From: Azolla caroliniana
Lineage: Eukaryota; Plantae; Polypodiophyta
Direction: 5' to 3'
DNA: 64,000 nucleotides
Assembly (NCBI GenBank): GCA_043228905.1
Contig: JBHGNT010000001.1
Span: 25,110,001-25,174,000 of the forward strand
Both the position numbers and the translations under genes were made by a program. Under the pieces are notes generated by a model that was given only the letters and a program-made list of their open reading frames with translations, was not told where the DNA came from and made no database searches. The stretch's first letter is position 1, and every line of letters starts with the position of its first letter. This document shows, in pieces, positions 49,212 through 63,564 of the stretch.

Positions 49212-52200
49212 GTTGATAGATCTAGTGGGTTTTCACAACTCATAAACATGAACATACCATTAATATCCACATCAATGAACTTGTCATGGATGCATTTACT
49301 GATGAGATTAACATGGATTTCTATATCAATGGGTGATGTATATAAGGGGACCTGAATCTGCAACCTATGAACATGAATATATATCATGGATGTTGATGAA
49401 CATGTAATAAAATTTCTGCCCATAATGCATAGATCTAGGGGAACTTGAGTTCACAAATCAAGGGTCATGAACCCAAGCTCAGTGCTTGGAGAAAGCAAGG
49501 AATATTGAACATCAATGTACAAAAAACTGTGTGGTTATTGTATATACACATCAAATCGGCCATGATGAGAGTACAAGGGAATCGGTTGGTATATTCGTTT
49601 ATCCAACACAACTTTTGTATTTTTTATGATTTTATAATACCGGGGTGTATCTTTTTGTAATAAAAAAAAAAATTATACCAATGATGGGTAGATCTAGGGA
49701 AACTTGAGAGTTCGCAATCTTTAGGGCATAAAGCACAAGCTTGGTGCTTAGAGAAAGGCACAAAATAGTGATCATAATGTACCATGGATGTTTATATTGA
49801 TGTATGTACCATGGATGCCTATATCAGCGAGCATGCCCACAATGCATCAGTTATGAAACCCCAGTTTTGTAACTGGATCAATGACTTTTGTATATAGAAC
49901 TATAATTTTTTCATGAAGCCTTAGTTTTATGACAAACTCAAGTGTCTATACACACTTTTGGAGAACGGTATAATCATGATATTTATGAGATCTTGATGTG
50001 AACTAGAGATGGTTTAATTATCCCTCAATTGCATCAATGTGGGATCAATTTAGCTTTTGCGAAAAAAGAATAGTGATTTGCTTATTTCAAAAATTTAATG
50101 ACCTTTTGGTATATTCCATTCATGAGAGCAATACATGTTGGTACTCTCACGGTTCACCACCATTTAAAAACACAAACATGTGAAAGTGATGACGATGTTC
50201 CCTCTCATCCTTTAGACAAGGTGATCTTTGGCTTCAAGTAAGGCTCTAACATGTAATGTATATGTATCCTACAATCTAGCTAAAAAGCATGCATAATAAG
50301 TTGCATTTCCAATTGCTCGTTACATTACTTACATTTACATTTAAATATATATGACATTGTTTTGAGTGTTGATTCTTATTTCAAAAACTTACTTTGGTAA
50401 AATGCAAGGGGGTATAGGAGAGCATGGTAATTCAATTGGGATAGAATACCAATAAGCATAAGTCCGGATACATTAATTTCTAGAAGAACGGAGTTAGTAT
50501 CCAAAGGAGTTCATGGAGTCATGAGTAAAAATGGACAAGGGCCAATACCACATTTGGTAGAAGTTGATGGCAATAGCTTGTCAATCCAACTTTGGATTGT
50601 GGAACTCGAGCAATTGAAACCTATTATGATTCAAATACTAATGATAAAGCAATGAATACTCATATTAAGAAAAGAACGGTTTTAAGGGTGCTTAATCACA
50701 ATGATCACCCTTGTGTGAAGCAGAAGCGACAAACATGTAAGCTAATAAAAATACTACACTGCATCTTATTGATTTCAATTACTGATATTGATTGGACAAC
50801 CCCAACACATAAAGATCAACCCTTCCTGCCATCCACTCCACCTATCGTGTGGTCAAAATACCATAAACATATGATCCACTTGTTAATGGCCTTGTATGGA
50901 GAGTACTAACTTCAACATGTACTACTTTGGTCATAGCTAGGAACCCAATAATGACATGTGTGGGCTATATTTGAGCCTGCACCTTAAATGATCAATACCA
51001 TTTATAAATAATGCAATACTTTTCATTTTGTTCTATTTCATTCCGAAGGTTTTTTCTCTTCAAATAACTATCTACAAAAATATAAGGTTTGAACCTCGCA
51101 AAACAAGGTAACCTCCAAAATCAATTTACATGTATGTTTCTTAAAACATAAGGTGCAAAACCGGGTAACCTCTAAAATCAATTTTTAAGAAACATAAGAT
51201 AAATCCATAAAAATAACTCAATCATGTAGAAGCTAAATCAAGCATCAAATATGCCATATATTTAGTTAATTTGTCATGAGCATACATACAAAATGCAATA
51301 GTCATGGCAAAGATTTGAAGCCATGATTTCTTTAAAAAATATCTTTAACCTTAACCATTAACATACATTATAATATTCATTGCAAATTTTCGTTGATAAT
51401 CCAAAGTATATGCATAATATTATGAAATGTCACCACTTCACACAAGCTAATGCATGATCACCAAATGGCATGCTTGCGTGAATGCAATGGTGATCATATA
51501 CATGGATACAAAGTCGCAAGCATGCTTATATCCAAACCATGTGTGTCTTCTCGTATTGATGAACCATTAGAGTTCAATTATTAATCTTCAACATATTATT
51601 GTATATTATTGTCAATACATTATCATTCTCCTATTTTTCCCTCTTCTTTGCTACTGACCTAATCTTCTTCTATTGTTTCCCTCTTCTCATTCTATTATTG
51701 AGCCCAATCTTGTTCTTCTTGCCCCCTTTCCTTTAACAATGAGTACCATAAGTCACAAATAAATATAATTTGTTGGACACAACTTTGGAGTTCAAAAAGG
51801 TTTCCACCTCATATTCTACACCATTCACAAAGTTCAACAAGAAGTGTAGGAACAACACAATTCACAACAAAGGTCCTCCTCCACCTCATGTTGTCACTTA
51901 GCTATTAGTCATGACTTAAACGATTAATTGTTGGACTGGTAGCCACTTATCTAATTAGCTAATTATTTACTCCCTATCAAATAGCTAGTTAACTATTATT
52001 TACACATAGCTAGTAAGCTAAAATAACGACTGTTTATTTATTTGTTAGGTTTACCAAATGCATCCTATAATCAAAGTTAAACTATGAACATTTGAGTTGT
52101 AATCCCGTCGTTACACTTACCAACAAGGCCCATCAACGAATCCTACCAACAAGGCATTTCACAAAATGTTACTGACGTGACCTATCAATGAATACTACCA

Positions 52201-52589
52201 ACACGGCCTACCAACAAAGTTTACCAATGAGTCGTGTTTGTCATAATGTTAAGAGGGAAAGCAACAAAGACATTAACTTGCATATGCACTTGTCTCACAC
52301 ATGTTCTACCCAGATGACCTTTAGGTAATAGTTACAATGAGTTCTAATAGAGAATAAACAAGGGTTCAATAGCAACCAACATGCCATGTGTGGAGGGTTG
52401 TTGAGGAAATGACCCATGGAAGCATGAAGTGTTCGAGATGGGAGCATATAGTTTGCTATAATGCCACCATGAGTGTACTATCATTTAGACTAAAATAACT
52501 TGCCTCTAACACTCGTCTCGTTTCAAACATCCAATATATCATCTCCCTTACTATGTCTGAGCTTAACTCATAGGTCTTATCCATAAGGG

Positions 52590-52850
52590 GAACAAATTGA
52601 CATATATAAAGGCTTTGTACACATGCATAACTATTTAAATTGAGGACTACTAGAGTTCCCACAACCACTAATGTTGCCTAGTAACCACAAAAAGGGAATG
52701 TATATTCAAGAATTTTATCATGGGTTTACCACATACCAATCAATGGTAATTCATGTTGGGTTATTATGGACTATTGGACTAAGATATATGTCAAGTTCAT
52801 TACTTTGAAAAACCAAATACATATTCTAAGCTAGTGCAAACTATTTGCGA
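52590..52850 (+). mobile_element. Highly degraded Ty3/gypsy integrase fragment
   Basis: Frameshifted translation GLL..QPL.LP...FIMGLPHT...WVIMDYWTK...FI resembles the gypsy GLLQPLPIP..W..ISMDFI.GLP.T..IWVIVD.LTK motif. Confidence 0.55.
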
Positions 52851-53260
52851 TTGAGCACTCCACCAGGAAATTTTGTCACATCTTCACCAAAATCTAGTTG
52901 AACTTTTCGGAACTTGTTAGTATTGATTCTTGAATAACGAGAACTGCCCAAAATATATTTATGGCAGTTTCCTTGCTTTCATGTTGTGAAATGCACATAG
53001 AGGTAATCCAAACTAGCTTGCCTTACTTCTTACTTTTTGCTCAATTTATAATTGATACATTGATACCTATTTGGGTTTGTTTGGCTACATGCGTGCTAAA
53101 AAGGTGGCACAAAGGAGCAATGGTACACCGTAGCATGAAGGCATGCTATGCTCAAAAGGTACACCACAATATGCTTTTAAGCATTAGAAGCCAATTTGGT
53201 AGATACGTTATAATGAAACCCTCAAAACTTAATGGAATCCATTTAAGTACCTTTTTTATA

Positions 53261-53393
53261 GGAAATTGGTAAATTCACAGTTTTTTATGTATTTTCACAG
53301 TTTTTCAGAAATATGATTACAAATGATAGCCAGATTCCATCCCCCCCAAAAAACTGCGAAAATACGGGAAAAACTGTGAATTTACCAATTGCC
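53261..53393. mobile_element. Mutator-like MITE (fold-back)
   Basis: ~45-bp TIRs GGAAATTGGTAAATTCACAGTTTTT... / ...AAAAACTGTGAATTTACCAATTGCC. Flanking direct repeat TTTTTATA at 53253-53260 and 53394-53401. Confidence 0.8.
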
Positions 53394-54349
53394 TTTTTAT
53401 AAGTTCAATTTACAGTCCCAAAATAGATTTTTAAAAAAGTATTGGTATAAATTTTTATATTTTTTTTCTTTCACAATAGTTTTATTCAATTGCTCCTTAG
53501 AATGAGGCTCCCCAAATCTATTTTGCGTAACGTTTCCAAGCAATATACTTCTCTTCACATATGAGTAGTAATTTGGATTGTACTCTTAGATGATAAAAAA
53601 ACCGTATGTTGGACGTGTATGAAGGGTGCATTATACGTGAGATGCCACTATATGCCCCCTAAAGGATGTGGGCATGAACCTTCTTGTGCATAACTTAGTT
53701 GGTAACTAGTCGTAGGTCATCCCTAAGTAGAGGCAGAAAATGTAAGGCAATAACTAGTTGGCAAGGCACACGTTCTTCTTCCCCATGTCTCTTGTTTCCA
53801 TGTTAAATTGCACGGTACAATTGATTTATATTTTGGTTTATTAAATATTAGGATGAAAATTGATCAAATTGTCCTTTGTGGATCTAATACTAACTTTAGA
53901 TAAACACGCACCTCATTAAGAGTTGAAGGGAATTTGCATTATAATTTATACATATACACACACACGCTATTGTAAAGATAGAGATAATAACTATTGTCCA
54001 TCAAACGAGCATTCATAATAAATTTTTGTTAGCGCTACATAGCAAAATCTCCGATGCTTCTTTTTTTTTAAATGGCCCTTTCAATCGTTGGGTTGTCTAA
54101 GTAGACTTCGTAAAGCCATTATTTAAGAGCAATGTGTGAATGATCTTAAACAAAAAACAAAAGGTTCCGGATTAAAGTGAATGCAAGCCATTGTTCCCTC
54201 TAAAAGTGGTAGTGCACATGATCTCAAACTAAACCTATGAATATGTTATTACAATGAAAACATTGTTAGGCGCCTCACTTTTGACTTGAGACCAAAATTT
54301 TAATGATCTACCTAAAAAAGCAAAAGATTTATTGCAATATCAACATGTT

Positions 54350-55560
54350 TCCACATTTCTCACATAATTATAATATATTATGGATGTGTAAGCACAATGC
54401 TTTCGCCTTGCATTGTAGCACGTATTTTGCATCTTCTTATATCGTGTCGACTATTTTGGTGGACTTTTCAATTTATAATTTGCAACAAAGGAAATCCATA
54501 TCCTCCTAGCAAATAGCTTATCATACAATAATACACATCACTAATTCTACCAAGAAAGATGACCTAACTGATATTCAATTCGCCCATGAAGTTATAATTC
54601 TATCAAGTAATGTACGGCTCCATGTGCTTTCAATAAATAAACAAAATAATTCAAAAGGACTACGTGTAATAGTTGACGCAACAATGAAATGTTTACACGA
54701 GGGTACGTTGTATGGAACAAATCTAGAAGAGACCTAATAGTTAATGCATGCCATACAATAATAAAAAGTTGATGCAAAGATACACTATAGGCAACAAATC
54801 TACAAGAAAACTACCCTCATGTTGTATCATCATCTTTCTGTTGGTTCAAATATTTGAATCGGTATATTTCACCCAAACGGTCCATTTTGTAATGCGCTTA
54901 TATGAGACAAAATTAGATGCTACCTTTGATTCCACTACATGAGTTTTTATTTTTCCAAAAGTGGAAATAGTTTGCCAATGTTGCATGTTTAAAGGGAGGG
55001 CATGCTGCCGTTTTCACTCATGGTATCATGCAAGTATGTCAATGTCAATGTAGAAAGTTGTTTTCTAGCTACAAAATGACAACGACATTGTAGGATATAC
55101 CTCAAATTAAGATTGCCATTGTTTTTTCATCGAACCCAAAACCATAATGTTGGAAATCACGATGTTTTATACTTGAGTTTTAGAACTTCAATACAATAAA
55201 ATTGTGAATCTATAACAAGTGATTTTCTAAACTTCTACATTCTTCTTATAGTGCCTTTGTTTTCTTGACTAATTTTTATTTTACATAGATCAATATTCCA
55301 CTTCCTTTACATCATGGTGTGAATCAAGTTGCATGAATACCATGTACTTATAAGCGAAGTGCATATACTACGTATAAAAATGTTGAAATAATCAACGGAA
55401 TTGATTTGGGTTGGATAAAAAACAACACATGGATATTTGAGGCTCAACCAATAGGTTGTTAACGCCGAAACTTCCTCTCGAATAGATCCTCGTTAATGAA
55501 TGAAGGTTGTCCACATTTTAATAACCAAACATGTAGAATTGCATTATTTGTTATTCGTTG
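54350..55560 (-). mobile_element. Possible ancient PIF/Harbinger transposase remnant
   Basis: Minus-strand fragments FINEDLFERKFRR and YLLGGYGFPLL weakly resemble Harbinger FRRRFRM and YLLGD.GYPL motifs; heavily decayed. Confidence 0.3.
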
Positions 55561-58075
55561 CCACTACTTCCCATCTCACGTATATGTAAGTTGAGAGGTT
55601 TATTACTCATGAAAATAAGAAATGAATAGTTCAATTGGCTTTATCTTGGATATTAATGGATCAAATGAACACAATAAAAAGTCATTTTGCTTGGGCCCAA
55701 GTATTGGAAAGAAAATATAACCAAGGCAGAGCACAAGGACAAAGAGCAGGGTATTGTTCACACAACAATTGAATAAAAGCTACATAAGTGACAAGAAAGC
55801 ACAAGACAAACAAGATAAGGGCGAGGACATACCATCGCCTATTGTCAACATAAGTTTTTGAATCATTATACATCGACATGTGTTTACGATGACGGTATAA
55901 TGGGCTCTTCTTTTGAGAAAAACATGGTAATTAATACCTTATGTTATATCGGCAACTTGCAACTTCATGTATCACTATCACCGATAAAATTTTCTATTGT
56001 TCGGCCATGTGTGAGAACACTCAAGAGGTTTGAGATTCTATTGGTTGCGTCTATGTTCATTCCTTGTAAAGTCACCTTGTTTGCTTTCATTGGTTACAAT
56101 AGATTTGGAGCCATTTTCACAACACATATGGCTTGGGTTGAAATCATAGAGTAATTGTATTTCATTTGTCAACTTTGCTAGCGCTTGGATCATTTCATTC
56201 ATTACTTAATACATTTGAATTATCTCACCCTTGAATCGTTGAAATTAGCTTTTCTGAAATTGATTTCCAAGGTTACACCTATAACTAATAGTTAGTATCT
56301 CTTCAATAGATTCTACCACATAGTCAAGTATTTGGGAGAAACGATTCTTCCAAGTATTCCATAATAATACTCGAAATCAAACTGAAGGTAATATCTTAAT
56401 GATGGACCTAAGCCTCCCTATAGAGGCAATATCATTGTAATGCATGTAAAATATCTTAAGATGTGTGCATAAATACAAGGTGTGAGAACTAGCCTTCATA
56501 TATTCAATGAAGAACCATCATATGCTTGACCACAACTTTTTGTGCAAGAAAGAAAACTTGCATGCAAGCCTGCACTTGACGCGAATAGACAAAAACACAT
56601 TGGTTTGCATGAACCTGTGAACATAATGTACTTGTGACTTCTTTATCTAAGGACTACTCATTTGTATTGAGAACTTTGTGATAAAGCAAGTGTTCTCTCT
56701 ATATGCACTACACTACATCACAATGAGGATTGTAGGCGGTTGAACAAATGATGTAATTTTGGTCTTGGGTGGACAAGAAGTTAAAACATTTCTACAATTG
56801 GCGAAGCACTCCCCTTCTCCTCTCTTTTCTGTAACATTATGAGGATAAATTTTCCTATTTGTTTGGGGAAAAATTGAAATACCCATGAATTTTTTAAAAT
56901 TTCCAAAATCCCATCTACATTAAATTGCATAACATCATGAGTCACTACCAAAGTCTACTCATATTACACGAAAATGTTTCTTACGCTCTTGGGGTTCATA
57001 GGTAATATCTTACCTCTAAGAACAAGAATAAAACCTCTGTCTCATTCTCTAAACACTTTTGTGGTTTCCCCCATCTACGAGAAGGTGACAATCGTGTGCA
57101 TATATGAAAATGGACTTTTAGAAAATAATCAATAGGGCCATTGGGACTTGGAATGTTTCCCACTCTCAACTCTTTGGGTAGTGTAGTAATATTAGTGATT
57201 AACGTCAATTGATGGTTGACAACTTTGTTAAATAAAGGAAGGCATTGAAAAGGTAACGTGGCCCTTTGCCAAAAAGTTAAGAGCGTTTTGGAGTTTAGTA
57301 TGTATACATAGTAGGTGGAGTCTTAATAGATCCAAAATAGAAGGTAATGTTTGGGAAGACTCTAAATATGGATAATCATGCATTATGTATAATAACAAGC
57401 CACTTAAAATGGTAGAAAGCTTCAAATACCTCTTTGTCTTGAAGTTTCATCTAATTGTGTAGATGGAATGAGCCTTCATAGGACTTAGTTGAATAAGAGA
57501 ACTATGGACTGGTGGAGGAAAACAAAACAATTCCATTTGGAGAGATGCTTTTGTAGCATTTTGGTGACACCCCGTACTTTTTTTTCTGTATGGGGTCGTG
57601 GTACAAGGTGGTTGTAACATGTCTATGCAAAAGAGTTTGAAAATGTCCAAAACCAAATTTCCATGAAGTTTCTTCGAGTTAAGGTATGACCACTTTGTAA
57701 TTCCTACATTGTGGAGATCGGGTGAGACTATGGGCGCATATGCATAGAGAGGGGGTTACAGAGTATGTATATAGGTAGAAGTGAAAAAGATGACTGTGAC
57801 ATCATATCACTAGAATGGTAAGGGTAGAGAGGAAAGAAATTTAGAAGGTACATGGAAATCAAATGTATTGAGCCCCGGGGACAGATGCAAGATATGATAA
57901 TAGAGAGATAGTAGGATCGAATATGGGGTGCATGTTCGGGCGAGTCCGGCCAATGGCGGGGAGGAGGCGCCCCCGGCCGGCCGGCCGGCCCTATGCGGGG
58001 CTATCCACGGGATGCGAGAGGGGACGATGCCCACAAATGCCGCATGGACAGCCCACACCTATCTCCCCTCCCCCC

Positions 58076-58077
<2 letters not shown>

Positions 58078-58110
<33 letters not shown>

Positions 58111-58184
58111 AACAATTGTCTCATGGGCCAATTTTGGTCTTAGAAGACGTTAATATGTACATATGTCTTTCTCTCTCTCTCTCG

Positions 58185-58225
<41 letters not shown>

Positions 58226-58303
58226 CGTAAATAATGGCTTTCATTACTAAAGAAAAAACACGACCATTACTAACTTACTACAAACTACTATAGAACCCCT
58301 TCT

Positions 58304-58338
<35 letters not shown>

Positions 58339-58426
58339 CTGAGCTGTCGCCTCTCCCCGTTTACCCTAGAAGCTCGCCATATCCATGGACCTCGTTCTCA
58401 TCATGCGCGCTCTGCCGAAAAAGTCC

Positions 58427-58497
<71 letters not shown>
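58078..58497. repeat. Cluster of (CT)n microsatellites in the probable promoter/5' region of the kinase gene
   Basis: Four CT tracts at ~58078-58107, 58170-58221, 58308-58334 and 58430-58498. Confidence 0.9.
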
Positions 58498-58502
<5 letters not shown>

Positions 58503-59091
58503 CTTCTTCCTCGCCCGCCCGTTTCCCCGTGACACAGACATCCATTCGCACATCTCACAGATGACAACCTTCTGCTAAATGTCGCTCCCTCAGGCACTGA
58601 AACTTTTCTTTTTTCTTTTCCCTTTTTTGGCATTTCATCTCTGATGAATGAACGCTGTTATGCTGGATTTTTAACTGACTGCAAACCGAAGACATTTTAT
58701 TTATCTCATTAACAGAAATCATTAACTAATTGCATATAAGAAGAAGAAAGAAGAAGTAGAAGATTTCTGAATCCCTTCTTCTCCGATTAGTGACAACCTT
58801 CCATTGTTCTGCGGATATCTGAGCATCGTCGTCAATCGAAATTCCTAAATGTCATTGGTATGAGCATTTAATGTCTCGCGTTTATCTGCAACCGAGTTGC
58901 AGATATCAGTGCGGTAGGATAAGTTTGTACAAGTAGAGCTGGTACAAAGTCAAATTATAAATAGAGATCCGAATCAATTTATACCGAGTTAGTAATTAGA
59001 AGAAGAATAGTTGATCCTTCAATGATTCTCACCATATCCATTTTTGATGTTGCAGCAGCGTCAGAAGAAGAAGACACAGACGAAGAATCAG

Positions 59092-59096
59092 GTAAG

Positions 59097-59134
<38 letters not shown>

Positions 59135-59149
59135 CACACATACATACAT

Positions 59150-59214
<65 letters not shown>

Positions 59215-59504
59215 CATCTGAAACATATGCATTGCAAAAATATGTATGCTACGCTTTATATATGTGACATGTCATATGACCAGAATTCGTTTGTATTTAT
59301 GCATTGCTCTGTATAGATGCCCATCATCTAATTTTGCTCTATTTAGTACAGATGATATAACAGTATTGATTAGCCAAATGCCAAATGTAGTCGCATTAGT
59401 CAATTGAAACCTGTACACATACAATTTGATGATCATTTCATGTAAAGTTCGAATATATAACCGTGATTCTTAACAGCATATCCACGTCTTTCCTTATTAC
59501 ACAG
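59092..59504 (+). other. Probable 5'UTR intron with compound (CT)n(TA)n..(TA)n(GA)n microsatellite
   Basis: CAG|GTAAGT donor at 59092 and pyrimidine-rich ...TTACACAG acceptor at 59504, upstream of the ATG at 59631. Confidence 0.55.
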
Positions 59505-59630
59505 ATTTTAAAGAAATATAATCTGCAAAGGAAGCATTATGCTAGAACGCCATAGCTGAGGAGGACAGATACCCATGTGCACACATACACAGTGAAAAAA
59601 ACTACACTAGATCTATCAGCCGTTAAATTA

Positions 59631-61989
59631 ATGGCTGATTCTTGTCATCATCAAAATACTATGCAACTCGTGATCTCGCCAATATACTGTTTCCCATTAA
59701 TCCTTCTTCTCATCGTGTCGACTCTATTAATCCAATCATTCTCCCTCTTTGCGATTGCTGCAACAGATCAAAATGATTTATCAGTCCTTAATGTTTTCTT
59801 TACATCCATAACAGAAAATCTACCATGGAATAAGTCCATAACAGATCCATGTCTTCAAGATGAGAGATGGAAAGGTATTTTCTGTACAGGATCAAGAGTT
59901 ACACAGGTTCAGCTCAAAAACATGAACCTCAAGGGCTCTCTTCCTTCTAATTTCAGTAAACTCTCAGAGGTCCAACAAATAGGCCTTCAAGGGAACTCCT
60001 TGAGTGGGGATTTACCATCATTTAATGGGTTGTCCAAGCTTATCAATGCCTATCTAACTGGTCAGCAATTCTCTACCATTCCTTATGATTTTTTCCAAGG
60101 TCTGAGCTCTCTTGAAACTCTAAGTTTGCAAGGTAACCCTCTCAACAACAGCCAGGGAGGATGGAATCTTCCTGCAGATATACTTTCTTCTTCTTCTTCT
60201 CTTATCAATCTCGATCTCACAAATTCAAGCCTATCAGGTTCAATTCCAGAGTTTCTTGGGAACTTGACTTCTCTGCAAACTCTTCGGCTCTCATACAATA
60301 GTCTCTCTGGGGTCCTCCCTTATTCTTTCAGTAAGCTCACACAGCTTTCCCAATTAATTCTTAATAACAATTCTCCATCAGGTCTTTCCGGGACAATTGA
60401 TGTGATAGGAACTTTGCCCTCCCTGCAAACACTATGGCTACAAGTGAATAAGTTCAATGGTACAATCCCTGAATCCATAGCTACCATCATTTCTTTACGA
60501 GACATTAGACTTAATGACAACAACTTTGTTGGTGTAATTCCATGGTCTTTCAATGGCTCCACAAGTGTGCAAACATTGATGGTTCAAAACAATAAGCTTG
60601 TAGGACCATTACCGTTCATAAGTAATACAACAACGGGTAATTACACATATGGTGGACCGAATAACAAGTTTTGTCAGTCGGAGATAGGTGTCCTTTGTGA
60701 TTCGCAACTCTCAGCTCTTCTCTCATTCATGGAGTATGTGGGTTTCCCGCCGTCTCTTACTTCTTCCAGTTGGGATGGCACCAATCCGTGTACATTGCCA
60801 GGGGTTGCTTGCGAAGGAGGGAATGTGACAGCCATCATTCGGCCATCTGCACAACTTTCTGGGAGGATATCACCATACCTTGGAAATCTTACCTATCTCA
60901 GAACGCTTGATCTTAGCAACAACAACCTCACAGGCACCATTCCAGACTCTCTTACAAGGCTCAGATTTCTGGTATCAATAAACGTGAGCAACAACAATTT
61001 ATATGGACCAGTACCTGTGTTCGATAGCAGTGTTAATTTGGTTGTGACAGGTAACCCAAATATTGGCACAGTTCTTTCTCCTCCTCCTCCATCTCCTGGC
61101 AGCAGCCCTAACAGTGTCGGAACACCACCATCCTCAGGATCACCACCATCAGAAAACCCAGGTGCCAAAAGATCCAATTTGGGTACGATTATTGGTGGTG
61201 TTGTCGGAAGTTTCGTTTTTTCACTTACTCTGCTACTTGGATTTGCTGTTTGCAAACGGAGAAGAAAGTTTAGGAGGGTCGAGATTCCACCGTCTGCTGC
61301 AAACAGCGGAGATGTGACTAAAAGCAATGTTAATGGAACTCGTCCTGATGTCCTCAGTATCAGCACTAGTGATAATATGGAGAATGTGCATCTGCTCGAC
61401 ACTGGCAATCTAGTGATCTCTATCCAAGTTATTCGTGACATAACTGGAAACTTTAGTGAAGAGAATTTTCTTGGAAAAGGGGGTTTTGGATCTGTTTACA
61501 AAGGAGAATTGGATGATGGAACCAAGATTGCAGTGAAGAAAATGGAATCATCTGTAGTAACTAAGAAAGGGTTGGATGAGTTTCACGCTGAGATCTCGGT
61601 ATTAACAAAAGTTCGACACAGACATTTAGTTTCTCTTCTGGGTTATTGCATCGATGGTGATGAAAGGATACTAGTTTATGAATACATGCCAATGGGAACT
61701 CTGAGTGACCATCTCTTTGAAAGGAAGAAATTTGAATTTCCACCATTAAGTTGGGAGAGAAGACTTAACATTGCATTGGATGTGGCTCGTGGGATGGAGT
61801 ATCTCCACGGATTAGCTCGTGAGAGTTTCATACACAGAGATCTAAAGCCTTCCAACATTTTATTAGGAGATGATTATAGAGCCAAGGTATCAGATTTTGG
61901 TCTGGTTAAGATGGCCCCTGGTGGTGGAAAGTTTTCCATAGAAACGAGGCTTGCTGGTACCTTTGGATATCTTGCCCCTGAATATGCTG
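59631..61989 (+). CDS. TMK: TMK-family (LRR-IX) receptor-like kinase, exon 1
   Basis: Signal peptide; LRR block, non-LRR Cys island (FC...CD, WDGTNPC..VAC), second LRR block; S/P-rich stalk; TM; kinase (GKGGFG, EISVLTKVRHRHLVSLLG, ESFIHRDLKPSNILLGDD, DFG, ETRLAGTFGYLAPEYA). Donor G|GTAAG at 61989/61990. ATG at 59631 or 59661; the ORF track starts at a GTG. Confidence 0.93.
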
Positions 61990-62599
61990 GTAAGAAAGCT
62001 TAACGTGACTAGAATGCCCGGAATACCCCTCTAGAGTACTGAATTTTACTACGAAAGGGTATGTATGCTAGTAATTTGTTTTGGAAACTTAGGGCAATAT
62101 ATATACACATACACATATAAGCACACATATGATTGGCAAATTAGGGTTATTCTAGTAGTTATCTAGCATGTCAGGGGTATTTGTTTTTGGTAAATTTCTG
62201 AAAATTTAAGAATATATTTGTAGCAGACCCAACAAGTTAGGAGTATTCTCAGTGTTTATCTCTTGCTAGGTATTGTAAGGAAATTGATCTTTTTTATCCT
62301 TAGGAAAATAACACAATACTTCTAATTCGTTGGGTATTTCAGGCCTAGGTTTTAGAAATTACCACAATAACTCTCGGAAGTACCATTTGGGAGAGTATTT
62401 CGGCCTGTTTTTGAAATCTTGGGGGGTTATTACCAGAAATACCCAACAAGTTAGGTGTATTTGGTTAACGTTTGAAGACTTGAACGAAAATCCCTTTGTT
62501 TTTCCCCCTTCATATATGCGCATGAAGACTCATATGCGAGTTTTTGGGGGTTTCTCTATGTGAAAAGATTAATCTTTGACATGCTTTCTTTTTTTTCAG

Positions 62600-63129
62600 T
62601 CACAGGGAGAGTGACAACCAAAGCTGATGTGTTTAGCTTTGGAGTGATACTGATGGAACTGGTAACAGGAAGAAAAGCTCTAGATGACAATCAACCAGAG
62701 GAAAGCATGCATCTAGTAACTTGGTTCCGACGACAAATACAGGGGAACAAATTAGAAAGCATATTCAAATTTATTGATCCAACACTTCAGCTTAATGATG
62801 AAACCTCCAAGAGTCTCCTTGTTGTGACTGAATTAGCTGGTCATTGCACTTCAAGAGAGACACAAAACAGACCAGATATGGGTTATGTTGCGAATGTCCT
62901 TTCGTCTCTTGTTCAACAATGGAAACCCGAAGCTAGTTTAGAGGAGGATGAAGAGAGCATAGATCTAGATATGGGCCTTCCACAAATCCTTAAGAAATGG
63001 CAAGCCTATGAAGGGAACTCAATGTCTTATTCAGATTATATGAATGATAACACTGGTTCATCGTTGGCCAGTATACCGCCCCGGCCATCAGGGCTTGCTC
63101 ACACCTTCAATTCAGCTGATGGACGGTAG
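62600..63129 (+). CDS. TMK: TMK-family receptor-like kinase, exon 2
   Basis: Acceptor TTTTTTCAG|TC restores EYA-V-TGRVTTKADVFSFGV. Ends with the TMK-typical P.RP.G.A.TF.SADGR. Spliced CDS from 59631 is 2889 nt (962 aa). Confidence 0.93.
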
Positions 63130-63564
63130 GCTCTCAACTATATATATATATATAAAAATAAAGACCATCATCTGTGGTGAAGAAATCAACAAAACAAGCT
63201 TAAACTGGTTATGCGCTTTGATGCTATCATTGAAGAAAAAAGTGCATAGCTACAAGCATTGAAGAGTCACAGGAAGTTCATGGAAGATAAATGAATTACA
63301 GGGTTTTTATTCGTGTTTAGTTAATGTCATAGATGCATGAATGATCAACATCATTGCAATGTTTGTATATATACACTGAATTCTTTTGGGGAGCGACATG
63401 ATTGATTGTATTGGAGTGCTCTCATATTTTTGAAGCATTGAATGTTAAGAATAAGAGGTGACTCAAAATTTCCAGGACCACATTGTCTTATTGTTAACAT
63501 TGATTGGCAAATACTCTGAAAATCATGAATACCAAGTTGAATTTGAATTTCTACCCATAATGTC

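Noticed and set aside
49400-59300. Many 60-105 aa ORFs, including SLSL/ERER ORFs
   Set aside because: Chance ORFs in AT-rich TE debris or translations of microsatellites.
60083-61858. Antisense or alternate-frame ORFs in the kinase gene
   Set aside because: Shadows of the TMK coding sequence.
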